Below, in pieces: positions 9,070-19,259 of a stretch of 19,259 bases of DNA. The notes under the pieces were generated by a model. It did not search any database. It saw only the letters and a list, made by a program, of their open reading frames with translations, and was not told the DNA's origin. The first letter of the stretch is position 1, and each line of letters starts with the position of its first letter. The translations under genes and the position numbers were made by a program. Source of the DNA: a bacterium (GTDB taxonomy: Bacteria > Acidobacteriota > Blastocatellia > HR10); the NCBI GenBank assembly GCA_041640655.1, contig JBEPZV010000041.1, positions 1 to 19,259 on the forward strand, in the 5' to 3' direction.

Positions 9070-9527
9070 GGCCTCCTCTCCTGAGCTCCGGACGCTGCTT
9101 CCTTCCCTCCCCCCATGTCCCGCTTCCAGGAGGGGACCGGGGATTCAGCAGTCGGCCCCTGAGGACGCACCGGGACCCCACGCTGCAACAGCAGCTCCAT
9201 CGCGCGTTCGATCGGGATGCGCACCACGCCCGCCTCCCGATTGATCCATCCGTAGCTCTGCAATCGCTCCTCCTCCCTCCGCCGCACCGCCTGCAGATCC
9301 ACTTCCGGAGCCACCTGCAGCCGAGGCGGCGGAGGCAGCACCTGCTCCTCGCGCAGTGGGGAAGGGGGTTCCGCCGCTCGTTCCGCGCGCTTTTGGAAAA
9401 AGACGAAGCTCCCCCACATGAGGAGCGCGGTGCCGACGGTCAACGCCGTCAATCCCAAGACCAGCGCCGCGATCGTTCGCGGCCGCACATCTCGCTTCTC
9501 ATAACGCGGTTCGGTCGCCTCACCCAT
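9066..9527 (-). CDS. actG: Alternative complex III subunit G-like single-TM protein
   Basis: One TM helix, then PPPPRLQ...YGWINREAGVVRIPIERAM; located between actF and sco. Confidence 0.75.
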   Translation of the reverse strand: MGEATEPRYEKRDVRPRTIAALVLGLTALTVGTALLMWGSFVFFQKRAERAAEPPSPLREEQVLPPPPRLQVAPEVDLQAVRRREEERLQSYGWINREAGVVRIPIERAMELLLQRGVPVRPQGPTAESPVPSWKRDMGGGKEAASGAQERRP

Positions 9528-10683
9528 GCGCTGCCTTCACCTCCACCCATCGGGGATCGCGAACGGGGACCAACTCATGCCGCCTCACCTCCCGCGCCCA
9601 GCAGGCGACCCACAGCCCGCCGATCCCCAGAAACGCCGCCGCATTCGACCAATGAACGCCAATCCCCCGCTCCGCGAAGGCGGGCATGACCGTCCAATAC
9701 AGGTCCACCACGCGCATGATCAGGATCAAGCCCGCGATAGCCGCCAAGGCTCGCACGTCCCGCTTCACCGCGCGCGAGAGCAGCACCAGAAACGGGATCG
9801 CGAAGTGAAAGACGATCAAACTCACGGCCACCGCCTCCCACACGCCGCGCGTGCGCCGCAGATACCACGGGATCTCCTCCGGCAAGTTCCCCGACCAGAT
9901 GATGAGAAATTGCGAGAAGGCCACATACGCCCAGAGCATCACGAAGGCGAGCAACAGATTCCCCAAATCGTGAAACGTCTCGCGGGTCGCGATCTCCGCG
10001 AGCGGCCCCGAACGCGAGAGCCACGCGACAATGAGGATGGCCGCCGCGAAGGCCGTGAGCGCGTATCCGAGGATGAACGCGATCCCGTAGATCGTCGAAT
10101 ACCAGTGCGGCTCAAGCGACATGACCCAATCCACGGCGGCGAACGTGATCGTCCCGCCATAGAGGACGAGTCCCGGCCCGCTCAGCGCGCGCAGTCGAGC
10201 GCTCAACCGCGGATCGGCCGTGCGATCCTGTTCGTAAGACCAGCGCGTCAGCCCGTACGCCAGTCCGATCCACACGGCGAAGTAGAGCGCCGCTCGAAGC
10301 GAGAAGAACGGGACGTTCAAGTAGCGGCTCTTCTGCCGAAGCACCTCGTCGGCGGCGACGACCTCCGCATGCGTCCATTCGTACAGATGAGAGAGCCCGA
10401 AGAAGATGGGGATGAAGAGCACGGCCATCAGCAGCGTCGTGCGCGCGCCCGCTTCCAGAAGGCGACGGATGGCGAACCCCCACCGCCCACCGGTCAGATG
10501 ATGCAACATCACTACGCCGCCAGAACCGATCGAGAGTCCTAGCCAGAAGAGATACGCGAAGAGATAGGAGGGCCAGAAATGCTCCGCCGCCACCACAGCA
10601 CTCACGGCCGTCGCGAGCATCCCCACCAGGCCGACCCCCACAGCCCGACGCGAGAGTCCTTCGATCCCCGACATCGCGCTCAC
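9520..10683 (-). CDS. actF: Alternative complex III subunit F (polytopic membrane protein)
   Basis: About 10 TM helices; YLNVPFF, DWVMSLEPHWYST, FHDLGNLL, FSQFLIIWSGNLPEE; GTGA overlap with actE (alternative ATG at 10674). Confidence 0.9.
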   Translation of the reverse strand: MSAMSGIEGLSRRAVGVGLVGMLATAVSAVVAAEHFWPSYLFAYLFWLGLSIGSGGVVMLHHLTGGRWGFAIRRLLEAGARTTLLMAVLFIPIFFGLSHLYEWTHAEVVAADEVLRQKSRYLNVPFFSLRAALYFAVWIGLAYGLTRWSYEQDRTADPRLSARLRALSGPGLVLYGGTITFAAVDWVMSLEPHWYSTIYGIAFILGYALTAFAAAILIVAWLSRSGPLAEIATRETFHDLGNLLLAFVMLWAYVAFSQFLIIWSGNLPEEIPWYLRRTRGVWEAVAVSLIVFHFAIPFLVLLSRAVKRDVRALAAIAGLILIMRVVDLYWTVMPAFAERGIGVHWSNAAAFLGIGGLWVACWAREVRRHELVPVRDPRWVEVKAAHG

Positions 10684-11285
10684 TCCCCTCCACCGATCAA
10701 GCGGCGGCGTTCAGCCGGTGGCACATCCTCCAGCGTCGCGTTCTGGCTGAGCTGCAAAGCGCGAATGTAGGCGATGATCGCCCACCGATCCTCCGGAGGA
10801 ATGCGAGAGGCGTAGCTGTACATCGTCCCGAATCCGTTGGTGATGACGTCGAAGAAATGGCCGACCGGCGCCCGTCGCAACCGATCCGTATGAAAAGACG
10901 GCGGCTGTCGAAATCCCCGCTGCACGATCATCCCCTCGCCATAGCCATCGCGCCCGTGACACGGCGCGCAGAAGATGTCATAGCGCTCACGCCCTCGCTC
11001 CAGGACCCGGCGCGTGATGGGAAACGGAAACGTCTCCACAAGACGTCCGTTCACCTTCCCCGTGTAGAAATGCTCATCCGTGCGCGCATATCCCCGCGGC
11101 ACCGTCCCCTCGACCAGGGGGCGCGAGGCGCGACCATCCTCGAAGAAGGCGCTTCCCCCAAGCGGTTTGTACCGCGGCTGATTGTGCATGTCCTGCCGAC
11201 ACGCGCCCGCGCCGAGCACGAGTCCGAGCAGCAGCACCACGTTGCTGGCGCGCTCCCGCACCTTCGACCACGCCCCCCCTCTCAT
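10680..11285 (-). CDS. actE: Alternative complex III subunit E, monoheme cytochrome c lipoprotein
   Basis: Lipobox-like GAGA-C followed by RQDMHNQP, a single CAPCH, DRWAIIAYIRALQ. Start set at ATG 11285 (ATGA overlap with the actD stop). Confidence 0.92.
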   Translation of the reverse strand: MRGGAWSKVRERASNVVLLLGLVLGAGACRQDMHNQPRYKPLGGSAFFEDGRASRPLVEGTVPRGYARTDEHFYTGKVNGRLVETFPFPITRRVLERGRERYDIFCAPCHGRDGYGEGMIVQRGFRQPPSFHTDRLRRAPVGHFFDVITNGFGTMYSYASRIPPEDRWAIIAYIRALQLSQNATLEDVPPAERRRLIGGGE

Positions 11286-11821
11286 GGCTCGACCTCCCAC
11301 ACGCCATCAGCGCCCAGCTCCTCCAGAAACCGGCGCGTCGCCTCCCGATCGAAGTGCGGATCCCGCGCCTCGATCAGAAGGAAGAACCGATCACGGCTGG
11401 CCAGAGCGAAGCGCGGCACGTTGAAGACGGGATGATACGGCATCGGCAACCCGTTCAAGGCGAGCATGCCGAGCACCGCCGAGAGCGCCGCGAAGAAGAT
11501 CGTCGTCTCGAAGACGATCGGGATGAAGGCCGGCCAACTGTGGAACGGCTTCCCGCCGACGATGAGGGGATAGTCGATGACCTCGGCATAATAGAGGAGC
11601 GCATACCCGAGCGCACCGCCGAAGAGTCCGCCAAGCAGCACGAGCATCGGCAAGCGCGTGCGCTGAAAGCCCAGGGCTTCGGCCAACCCCTCCACGGGAA
11701 ACGGCGTGTACGCATCCATGCGCCGATACCCCTCGGCATACGCGCGACGCGCCGCCTCCAGAACCTTCTCCGGCGCGTCGAATTCGGCCAACAATCCGTA
11801 AATGTCCACACGCTCGGCCAT
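11282..11821 (-). CDS. actD: Alternative complex III subunit D (DUF3341 type)
   Basis: GLLAEF, DAYTPFPVEG, two TM helices with GGKP..SWPAFIPIVFE. True start is probably ATG 11821 (or 11842), not 12082, which lies deep within actC. Confidence 0.9.
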   Translation of the reverse strand: MAERVDIYGLLAEFDAPEKVLEAARRAYAEGYRRMDAYTPFPVEGLAEALGFQRTRLPMLVLLGGLFGGALGYALLYYAEVIDYPLIVGGKPFHSWPAFIPIVFETTIFFAALSAVLGMLALNGLPMPYHPVFNVPRFALASRDRFFLLIEARDPHFDREATRRFLEELGADGVWEVEP

Positions 11822-11838
11822 CTCCCCCCCTCCCCCGC

Positions 11839-13250
<1,412 letters not shown>

Positions 13251-13254
<4 letters not shown>

Positions 13255-16200
13255 GACCGTCCCTCCCCCAGAAGCGCCACCACCTCCGGATTCAGATTCC
13301 GCAGGCGCGCCAGATACGTCGTGCGCGGCCGCGTATTCAGCTCCGTCAAGATCCCGTAGTTGAGCACGTGCGCCTTCCCGCGCGCGACCCGACTCCCGGG
13401 ATCATTCAGGTTCCCGAAGACGATCGCCTCGGTCGGACACGCCTGCTGACACGCCGTCATGACCTCCCCCTCGCGAATCTCCCGATCCTCCCGCTTCGCC
13501 CGAATGCGCGCGGCATTGATCCGCTGCACGCAGTAGGTGCACTTCTCCATGACGCCACGACTGCGCACGGTCACATCCGGATTCCGCTGCATCTTCAGCG
13601 TCTCGGTCGCCCAATCCGCATAGAGCCGGAAATTGAACCGCCGCACCTTGTACGGACAATTGTTCGAGCAATAGCGCGTGCCCACGCACCGATTGTAGGT
13701 CATCTGGTTCAACCCCTCGCGGCTGTGCACGGTCGCCCCCGTCGGACACACGACCTCGCACGGCGCGTGATCGCAATGCATGCAGAGGACCGGCTGATGA
13801 TAGATGTCCGGATTCTCCAGGTCGCGCCCCTCGAAATACCGATCAATCCGAATCCAGTGCATCTCGCGCCCGATCTTCACCTCGCGCTTGCCGACGACGG
13901 GGATGTTGTTCTCCGCCTGACAGGCGACGACGCAGGCGTTGCACCCGATGCACGCGTTCAGGTCAATGACCATGCCCCACGAATACCCCTCATACCGATG
14001 CTCGGGATACAGCGTCAGCTCCGGCGGCGGATCCTCCCCTAGCTCGCGCGCGAATTTCGGATTCGCCCGATACTCCTCGAGCGTGGCCACCCGCACCAGA
14101 TGCCGCCCCTCCATGCTGTGATGATCCTGCGTGCTCACGAGCGTGTAGCGGCGATCCGTCCGCCGCACCTCAACACCGACGCCGAACCACGGCGCCTCCG
14201 ACGTGCGCACGCGATAGGCATTGAAGCCGATGTGCGACCCCACGCGTCCGGCCCGCCATCGCCCATACCCGAGATGCACGGTCACCGTCTCCGGCGCTTG
14301 CCCCGGCAGGATCCACACCGGCGCGAGCACACTTCGATCCCGATAGCGGATCTCCACGACATCCCCATTCTGCACCCCCAACCGCTCGGCCATCGCCGGA
14401 GACACAAGCGCCGCATTGTCCCAGGTCAGCTTCGTGAGCGGCTTCGGCAGCTCCTGCAACCACCCATTGTTCGCGAACCGCCCATCCCACACGGTCGGAT
14501 CCGGACGGAAGACGATCTCCATCCCCTCGGACGCGCGCGCCGGTCGCCGCGCCAATTCGGCCGCGATCGCTTCCCATCGCACCGAGACCGAGATGGGTGG
14601 CAGGCTCGTGCCGGGGATCACCCCATCATGCACCACCGTTCGCCAGAACGTCTCAAAATCCGCGCCCCCGCCGACCCGCCCCGCGTCAACCTGCCGCCGC
14701 CAATACTCGCGCACGATCTCATAGCCGGGCCGCTCCGCCTGGCCCAGCAATGCCGCCAAAACCTCATGCGCCGATCTCGTCCCATACAGGGGCGCAATCA
14801 GCGGCTGCAAAATCGTGACCGTCCCATCCGGAGCGCGCCCATCGCTCCAGGCCTCCAGGAAATGGCTCTCCGGCAGATGCCAGTGGCACAGATGCGCCGT
14901 CTCATCCGCATACAGCCCCACATGCACGCGCAGGCGAACGCGATCCATCTGCTCGGCGAACTGCAGATCGGCCGGCGCCGTGTAGACGGGATTCGCCCCG
15001 AGGATGAAGAGCGTCTCCACGCGCCCGGCCTCCATGTCCTCGGCCAATTCCCGAAGCGAAGCCATCTGCTCAACCGGTTCAGCTTCCACCGGCTCGGTGT
15101 AAAAGACCGTTCGCCCGACGTTGCCCAACGCCTCGTTCATCGCGTGCGCGAGCGCATGCACCAGCGGCGGCTGCGATTCCCCGACGACGATGAGGCTCTC
15201 CCCGCGATGTCGCTCAAGATCGCGCGCCACCACCTCCAGAAGGCGTGGATCAAGAGGAAGCGCCTCCGGCTCCGGCACCTCCAGCCCTAATCGCCGCGCG
15301 AGTGCTCGCGCCAGAAGCTCAATCTGACTCGCGCGCACCGGGAACCGATGATCGGCCATCGCCCCCGTCAACGAGGGCGTGCTCTCGAAGACATAGAGGC
15401 GATTCCACTCGGCCACATCCGTCTCCGCCCGCCGCCGCGCGATGAACTCGCGCGCCCAGCGGAGATGATCCGGCCCCGAGGCCAAGAAATCCGCCTCCAG
15501 CGACACCACCACGCGCGCATCCCGAAACCGATACTGCGTCTCCACCAGACGCCCGAAGGCCAATCGCGCCCCCGCCTTCTGATGATCGCGCGCGATCGGT
15601 TCGTACAGATGCCACCGGGCCTCGGGAAAGAGCGCGAGCAGTCGCCGCATCTGATCGGCGAGCGTCGGCGAGGTCACCGTCTCCGTCAGAATGCGCAGCC
15701 CGGCCCCTCGCGTCGCCCCCCATCGTTCCCGCTCCACCGCCAGCGCTCCCCAAAAGGCCGCCCACGTGCTGATCCCCCCGCGATGCAGAACCACCTGCGA
15801 CCGATCCGGATCATAGAGCGTCAAAATCGCCGCCTGCGCGAAGACATCCGTCGCGCCTGCGCTCGATGGATGCTGCGGATTCCCCTCGATCTTCGTCGGT
15901 CGCCCCATGTGGCTCTCCACCAGGATGCCGCGCGCGAATCCGCCCAACACCATCGCCGTCGCATAAAAGAGCGGCTGCCCCGGAATGATCTCCTCCGGCG
16001 CTCGCGTGTAGGGGAAGATTTGCTCCAGAGGCTGCCGCGTGCACGCCGACGAGAGCCCGGCCAGCGCCAAGGACGCCCCCATCAGCTTCAAGAACGCGCG
16101 CCGATCCACCGCCGTGGGCGCCGGCGTCGGAAATTCGCTCTTCAGAAACGCTAGGAACGCCGGATCCTCGGCCAGCTCTTCCAGGCTCCGCCAGAAGACC

Positions 16201-16271
16201 CGACCCCGCCGCTCGGCCAATCGCGCCCGCAGCGCCGCCAGGTCCCATGATGGCCTTCGCTCCACCGTCAC
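13251..16271 (-). CDS. actB: Alternative complex III subunit B (molybdopterin-oxidoreductase-like domain fused to an Fe-S domain; Tat exported)
   Basis: WRSLEEL extension, Tat motif DRRAFLK, LSSA-C lipobox-like site, Fe-S motifs CIGCNACVVAC, CMHCDHAPC..VCP, CVGTRYCSNNCP, KCTYC..ACQQACP. Start is probably GTG 16271 or 16265 after GAGGAGGGAGG. Confidence 0.95.
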
Positions 16272-16282
16272 CGCCTCCCTCC

Positions 16283-16942
16283 TCACCGATGACACACAGA
16301 GCAATCGGTCAGCTTCTCCGGCCGATCAATCTTGTATTCCCGGACGAGCCGTCGCCCCAATTCCCGCTGATCCTCGCTCGGCTGCCAATCCGCACGGAAG
16401 ACGTACTGGCGCGGACGAATGTACAGCTCCGGCTGCCGATGACACGACAAGCACCACTCCATGTGCAGCGTGCTCGCCTTCCACACCAGCGGCATCTCCT
16501 CCACCGGCCCGTGACAGGTCACACACGCGACGCCCTTCTTCACGTGAATCGAGTGATCGAAGTAGACGAAGTCCGGCAGATCATAAACGCGCGTCCAGGG
16601 GATCGGCCGATCCGTGCGCCAGCTCTCACGCACCGGTTCCAACATCGGACTCGTCGCATGGATCTGCGAATGGCAGGTCATGCACGTCTCCGTCGGGGGA
16701 ATGCCCGCGAAGCGACCCTCCTCGACCGAAGTGTGGCAATACCGGCAGTCAATCCCCAGTTGCTTCACATGATGCTTGTGGCTGAAGGGAACCGGCTGTT
16801 CGCGCGCCACCCCCACCTGCGTCACGTAAGGGGACCGATTGAGCGCGGCCAGGACCCACGTCGCGGCCGCGATCATGAAGACCGCTCCCAGAATGCTCAC
16901 CTTCGCGATGACGTTCGTGCTGCGATGAAAGATCTGCGCCAT
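16283..16942 (-). CDS. actA: Alternative complex III subunit A, pentaheme cytochrome c
   Basis: N-terminal TM helix, QPVPFSHKHH, and five CxxCH motifs: CRYCH, CMTCH, CVTCH, CLSCH, CSVCH. Confidence 0.95.
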   Translation of the reverse strand: MAQIFHRSTNVIAKVSILGAVFMIAAATWVLAALNRSPYVTQVGVAREQPVPFSHKHHVKQLGIDCRYCHTSVEEGRFAGIPPTETCMTCHSQIHATSPMLEPVRESWRTDRPIPWTRVYDLPDFVYFDHSIHVKKGVACVTCHGPVEEMPLVWKASTLHMEWCLSCHRQPELYIRPRQYVFRADWQPSEDQRELGRRLVREYKIDRPEKLTDCSVCHR

Positions 16943-17048
16943 ACGAATGCCTTACCCATCGGCCGGAGAACGCCTCACACGGTGTCGCCTTCCATACCCG
17001 ATCGAGCGGATCATGAACCGCCCCGTCGCTCCCGACAAATTAAGCGGG

Positions 17049-17078
17049 ATTTTATCCGAATCCTCCAGAATTCGGCAA
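17049..17078 (-). promoter_or_regulatory. Putative sigma70 promoter of the act-cta operon
   Basis: TTGCCG (17078-17073), 18-nt spacer, TAAAAT (17054-17049) in an AT-rich patch about 105 nt upstream of actA. Confidence 0.55.
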
Positions 17079-17125
17079 CCCGTGAGAACGGGTCATCGCC
17101 ACGGCGCGACAGAGAGGACAATCCC

Positions 17126-17490
17126 AATAAGCCCGCGGGCGAGCCAGAGGCGAGCCCTCGGGACGGCCCATCCGCGCGGTCGCACGCTGCGTTCGTGGAG
17201 ACGGCGTCACGCTCCGCCTCCGCATGGGCCGCCCGCTCACGCGGGCTTGGAAATCGGTTGGGGGCTCCTCCTCCCTAGGGCTCGCTTCGCTCGCCCCGGG
17301 CCGAATTCGGTCGCCCGCTCGCGCGGGCTTGGGATGGGGTTTTGGGAGCTCTCATTCCTAGGGTTCGCGGCGCTCACCCTAGGCGAAATTCGAACGCCCG
17401 CTCGCGCGGGCTCACGGGCGGAACGGGGTTGGGTTCACAACGTGGGCTCGCCCCCGGGCTACATTCGATCGCCCGCTCGCGCGGGCTCGC
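17126..17490. repeat. Cluster of REP-like palindromic repeats
   Basis: CGCCCGCTC(A/G)CGCGGGCT at 17230, 17312, 17395 and 17470 (spacing 82, 83, 75). The last three are each preceded by a second hairpin and ATTCG. An inverted copy of that second hairpin lies at 17126-17163. Confidence 0.85.
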
Positions 17491-17557
17491 ATGTGGAAGA
17501 ATCAATCAACGCCGTTCACGCTCACGGCGCCTCGACGAATCCGGGCAGCTCGCAGGC

Positions 17558-17616
17558 ACAAACAAAACCTGGAGCCGGCCGCCTCCTCCCCTCAACCGGA
17601 GGAGGCGGCCAGCCCC
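17558..17616 (-). terminator. Rho-independent terminator after the 79-aa gene
   Basis: Perfect 13-bp stem GGCCGCCTCCTCC (17577-17589) / GGAGGAGGCGGCC (17598-17610), followed on the minus strand by GGTTTTGTTTG. Confidence 0.75.
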
Positions 17617-17657
17617 ACACACCACGCCCGGCATGGCATGCTCTCTCGCACGCTCGA

Positions 17658-17897
17658 TCACAGCCCCACGAACAACCCCTGCAACAGGCTCGTCGTCGGA
17701 CTGTGCCCCAGCGCGATCCCAAAGAGCATCACCGACATCATCGCCGCCAACCCCAAAATGGCATCAATCAGCAGAAACGGCCCTATGAACGTCAGGAAAA
17801 ACCCCGCCAGCAAAAAGATGATGCCCGGCACCACAACGGCCAGATTCCCAAGCACCATCGGAACACCGAGACCGACCAGCAGCATGAGCTTCTTCAT
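17658..17897 (-). CDS. Small, highly hydrophobic membrane protein of unknown function
   Basis: Strong SD AAGGAGGAGGG before ATG, MKK start, 2-3 hydrophobic segments, followed by a terminator. Confidence 0.75.
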   Translation of the reverse strand: MKKLMLLVGLGVPMVLGNLAVVVPGIIFLLAGFFLTFIGPFLLIDAILGLAAMMSVMLFGIALGHSPTTSLLQGLFVGL

Positions 17898-17997
17898 CGT
17901 CCCTCCTCCTTGCCTGATAGTTTTGCCCGAAGGAGAACATCCCCTTCGGCCCGCTCCCCCCTTTCCGAAGAGGGGAAGAGAAATCCCCTCACCGACC

Positions 17998-19236
17998 TCA
18001 CGCCCCCGCCGGAGACACCGGCGACGTCCGGACGGGGCAAGTTATCACTCCTCCAGCAGCTCCATCGCAATCGCTACCCGCTGTAGTTCTATTAACGGGC
18101 ATCCCACTGCCATTTGCTGATGCCGGATTACACGTGGACTCTGGGCAAAAGCCTGTGTCAGCAGCCTGCGGCCCACTGGACGCCCCCCAGAAGTTATTCG
18201 TCGCATCTAAGTTCGTTGGAGTCGCTCCATTAGGCGTATACTCCAACCCCACTTGAGTCGTCGGACTCCCGGTGATGTTATTCAATGTGATCGTAGGAAA
18301 GGTCGTCGGGTTGCCACCCGAGAAATCCACCCGAATCCCAATCTCGTTGTTGTTAACCACATTCCTTCGGAACACAACGCCTTCATCATCATCGTCCATT
18401 GCAAATCCAATACCTGTACCTGCAGCGAAGTTCCGGATCGTGTTGCGCTCGATCACAACGCCCTCAGTATCTCCTAATGTAAGATCAATTCCGATTCCGA
18501 TTCCATTTGTTGCACCGCCTCCATCTATCAGATTCCGCTGCACAGTGACAGTACTTCCCGCCGGAATGTTGGAAATAACAATACCGCTCCCACTTCCGCC
18601 TGTGCCCGTGTTCGTGATCCTATTCCTGAGGAGAGAGGCCTCAATCGCAGTAGTTCCATCTCCATCTAGATCAATACCCGGATCAAGCTGCCCTGTGATC
18701 GTATTCTGCGAGAACACGAACGGGCCATCAAATTCGTTAACAGTCCGAATCGCCGTGAAGACAGATGTTGCTGTTTTCCCGACAAAGAGCACGCCTTGCA
18801 CTGTAAGGGGGTTCCCATCACCAGTCCCCGTGACGGCATCCGCAAGGACTCCGACACAACCGTTCGGCACGAGGATTTTCAATCCCGAAATGACCACTGC
18901 TCCTGCTCGGCTGCTCGCATCAATGACAGCTGCAGGGCATGTCAATGCTGCTCCAGGATCCAATGTTCCTCGCAGTCCCCGTCCGGCAACGATCCGACCT
19001 GTGAAGCCCGTAAGGTCGGCTACTGCATTCGCCCCACTGAGCGTCCCGCTCACAAGGAGCGTATCGCCAGGACCCGCGTTGTTAACAGCCGTTTGTAAGT
19101 CTGGATAGGTCACCCGCAACCTCGGATTGAGCACGCGTCCGGTGACTTGCGTATAGACCAGGGCGGGCAAGATCAGAAGCCCAACCGTGCCCGCCGCCAG
19201 CATCATTCTCGCGATTCGCCGCTTGGTCATCATCAC
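17998..19236 (-). CDS. Secreted right-handed parallel beta-helix (pectin-lyase-like) repeat protein
   Basis: Signal peptide (KRR plus hydrophobic stretch), TYPDLQTAVNNAGPGDTLLVSG cap motif, repeated xxNxIx..GI units, LDATNNFWG end motif; AAAGGAGG SD (start may be ATG 19233 or 19230). Confidence 0.82.
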   Translation of the reverse strand: MMMTKRRIARMMLAAGTVGLLILPALVYTQVTGRVLNPRLRVTYPDLQTAVNNAGPGDTLLVSGTLSGANAVADLTGFTGRIVAGRGLRGTLDPGAALTCPAAVIDASSRAGAVVISGLKILVPNGCVGVLADAVTGTGDGNPLTVQGVLFVGKTATSVFTAIRTVNEFDGPFVFSQNTITGQLDPGIDLDGDGTTAIEASLLRNRITNTGTGGSGSGIVISNIPAGSTVTVQRNLIDGGGATNGIGIGIDLTLGDTEGVVIERNTIRNFAAGTGIGFAMDDDDEGVVFRRNVVNNNEIGIRVDFSGGNPTTFPTITLNNITGSPTTQVGLEYTPNGATPTNLDATNNFWGASSGPQAADTGFCPESTCNPASANGSGMPVNRTTAGSDCDGAAGGVITCPVRTSPVSPAGA

Positions 19237-19259
19237 GCCCTCCTTTCCAGGATAAATTC

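Noticed and set aside
17230..17490. CRISPR array interpretation of the repeat cluster
   Set aside because: The conserved core is only 18 nt, the intervals share a second hairpin and so are not unique spacers, the period is irregular, and there are no cas genes or AT-rich leader.
17658..17897. ATP synthase c subunit (atpE) call
   Set aside because: Size is similar, but the glycine motif and polar loop are missing, the acidic residue is misplaced, and no atp genes are nearby.
16947..18086. 379-aa plus-strand ORF across the intergenic region
   Set aside because: It translates the palindromic repeats (ARSRG/PARAG), the terminator and the antisense of the 79-aa gene; low complexity and not protein-like.
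18272..19108. 278-aa plus-strand ORF
   Set aside because: In-register antisense of the beta-helix gene, which has the signal peptide, SD and motifs.

Overview
High-GC bacterial window with all supportable genes on the minus strand. In transcription order (right to left): (1) a secreted 412-aa beta-helix-like protein with a low-GC core, then a 79-aa very hydrophobic orphan and a terminator; (2) a REP-like palindromic repeat cluster; (3) a sigma70-like promoter and a complete alternative complex III plus A2-type caa3 oxidase operon (actA-B-C-D-E-F-G, sco, ctaC-D-E-F); (4) a separately promoted unit of a HisIE homologue, trpE, a short frameshifted-looking spacer and trpG; (5) a rhomboid protease and a partial GAF/PP2C (RsbU-like) gene running off the left edge. 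The respiratory operon is a known system. The most unusual element is the HisIE homologue: its reading frame and cysteine metal site are intact, but catalytic motifs in both domains are lost, and it leads the trpEG unit, suggesting a pseudoenzyme. All calls come from reading motifs by eye; no database searches or folding programs were run.
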